Virus record (IMG/VR): IMGVR_UViG_3300020202_000072
Coordinates: 1,591 to 65,590 of that record
Length of the DNA: 64,000 nt
Source of the DNA: a virus
Lineage: Duplodnaviria; Caudoviricetes
Strand: one strand, 5' to 3'
Position numbers and translations under genes: made by a program. Positions 63,715 through 64,000 of this stretch are shown here, piece by piece. Under the pieces are notes generated by a model, which saw nothing but the letters and a program-made list of their open reading frames with translations, was not told the DNA's origin and did no database searches. Every line of letters starts with the position of its first letter. The first letter of the stretch is position 1.

Positions 63715-63906
63715 ATGGATTCAGTCGAGTCCGCCACGCCCGGCAGCGTCATGCGACGCCTCTGGATCGAGGTCCGCGTCCCCGTGGGGGAGACCGACCA
63801 GGAGACGGAGCTCTGGGTCATGACGGCGATCCAGCAGTACCGCGAACGCAACCGGCCGGATGAGCCGATCGTCACGGGCGACGCCATGCCCGCCTTGTCT
63901 CAATAG
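63715..63906 (+). CDS. Small hypothetical protein
   Basis: Last ORF of the operon. Confidence 0.4.
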   Translation: MDSVESATPGSVMRRLWIEVRVPVGETDQETELWVMTAIQQYRERNRPDEPIVTGDAMPALSQ

Positions 63907-63969
63907 CAGGGCTTGCTGAGACAGGCCGCGAAACGCAGACCCGGCCGCGCCCCCGTGTCGGCACTCGTT

Positions 63970-63976
63970 GGGTCCT
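63970..63976 (+). other. cosQ-like motif GGGTCCT
   Basis: Same heptamer as lambda cosQ, 24 nt from the window end, in a phage with a GpA-type terminase. Confidence 0.45.
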
Positions 63977-64000
63977 TCCCGGGGTGTTTTCGGGGGGTCG

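Overview
Nearly the whole genome of a GC-rich temperate siphovirus-like phage in its excised form. An attP carrying only the 3' half of a tRNA-Ser(CGA) sits mid-window, with phage genes on both sides. The host is probably Planctomycetota (Gemmataceae-like), inferred from two TIGR02996-domain genes, a SpoVG with a Zn-ribbon insert and a planctomycete-type conserved protein. Left to right: a leftward accessory operon (DUF932, clamp-loader-like AAA+, ASCH, AbiTii-like); lambda-type GpA terminase, portal, S49 protease, capsid and tail genes, with a -1 frameshift in the tail chaperone; two glycosyltransferase-like genes; a lysis-position block with membrane proteins and a papain-like C1 protease but no recognisable endolysin; a sigma factor; attP; a 3-gene cargo operon (TIGR04255-like, helical protein, permuted papain-like enzyme); integrase; an RHH/HTH switch; and a long early operon (SpoVG, CsrA, tRNA-CAT, ParB, GHKL ATPase, YqaJ/RecT, C5 and N6 methylases, HD hydrolase, DUF5131, DndC-like, HerA-like, replication initiator with iterons). 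A lambda cosQ-like motif lies at the right end. All family assignments come from motif recognition by eye, not from database searches.
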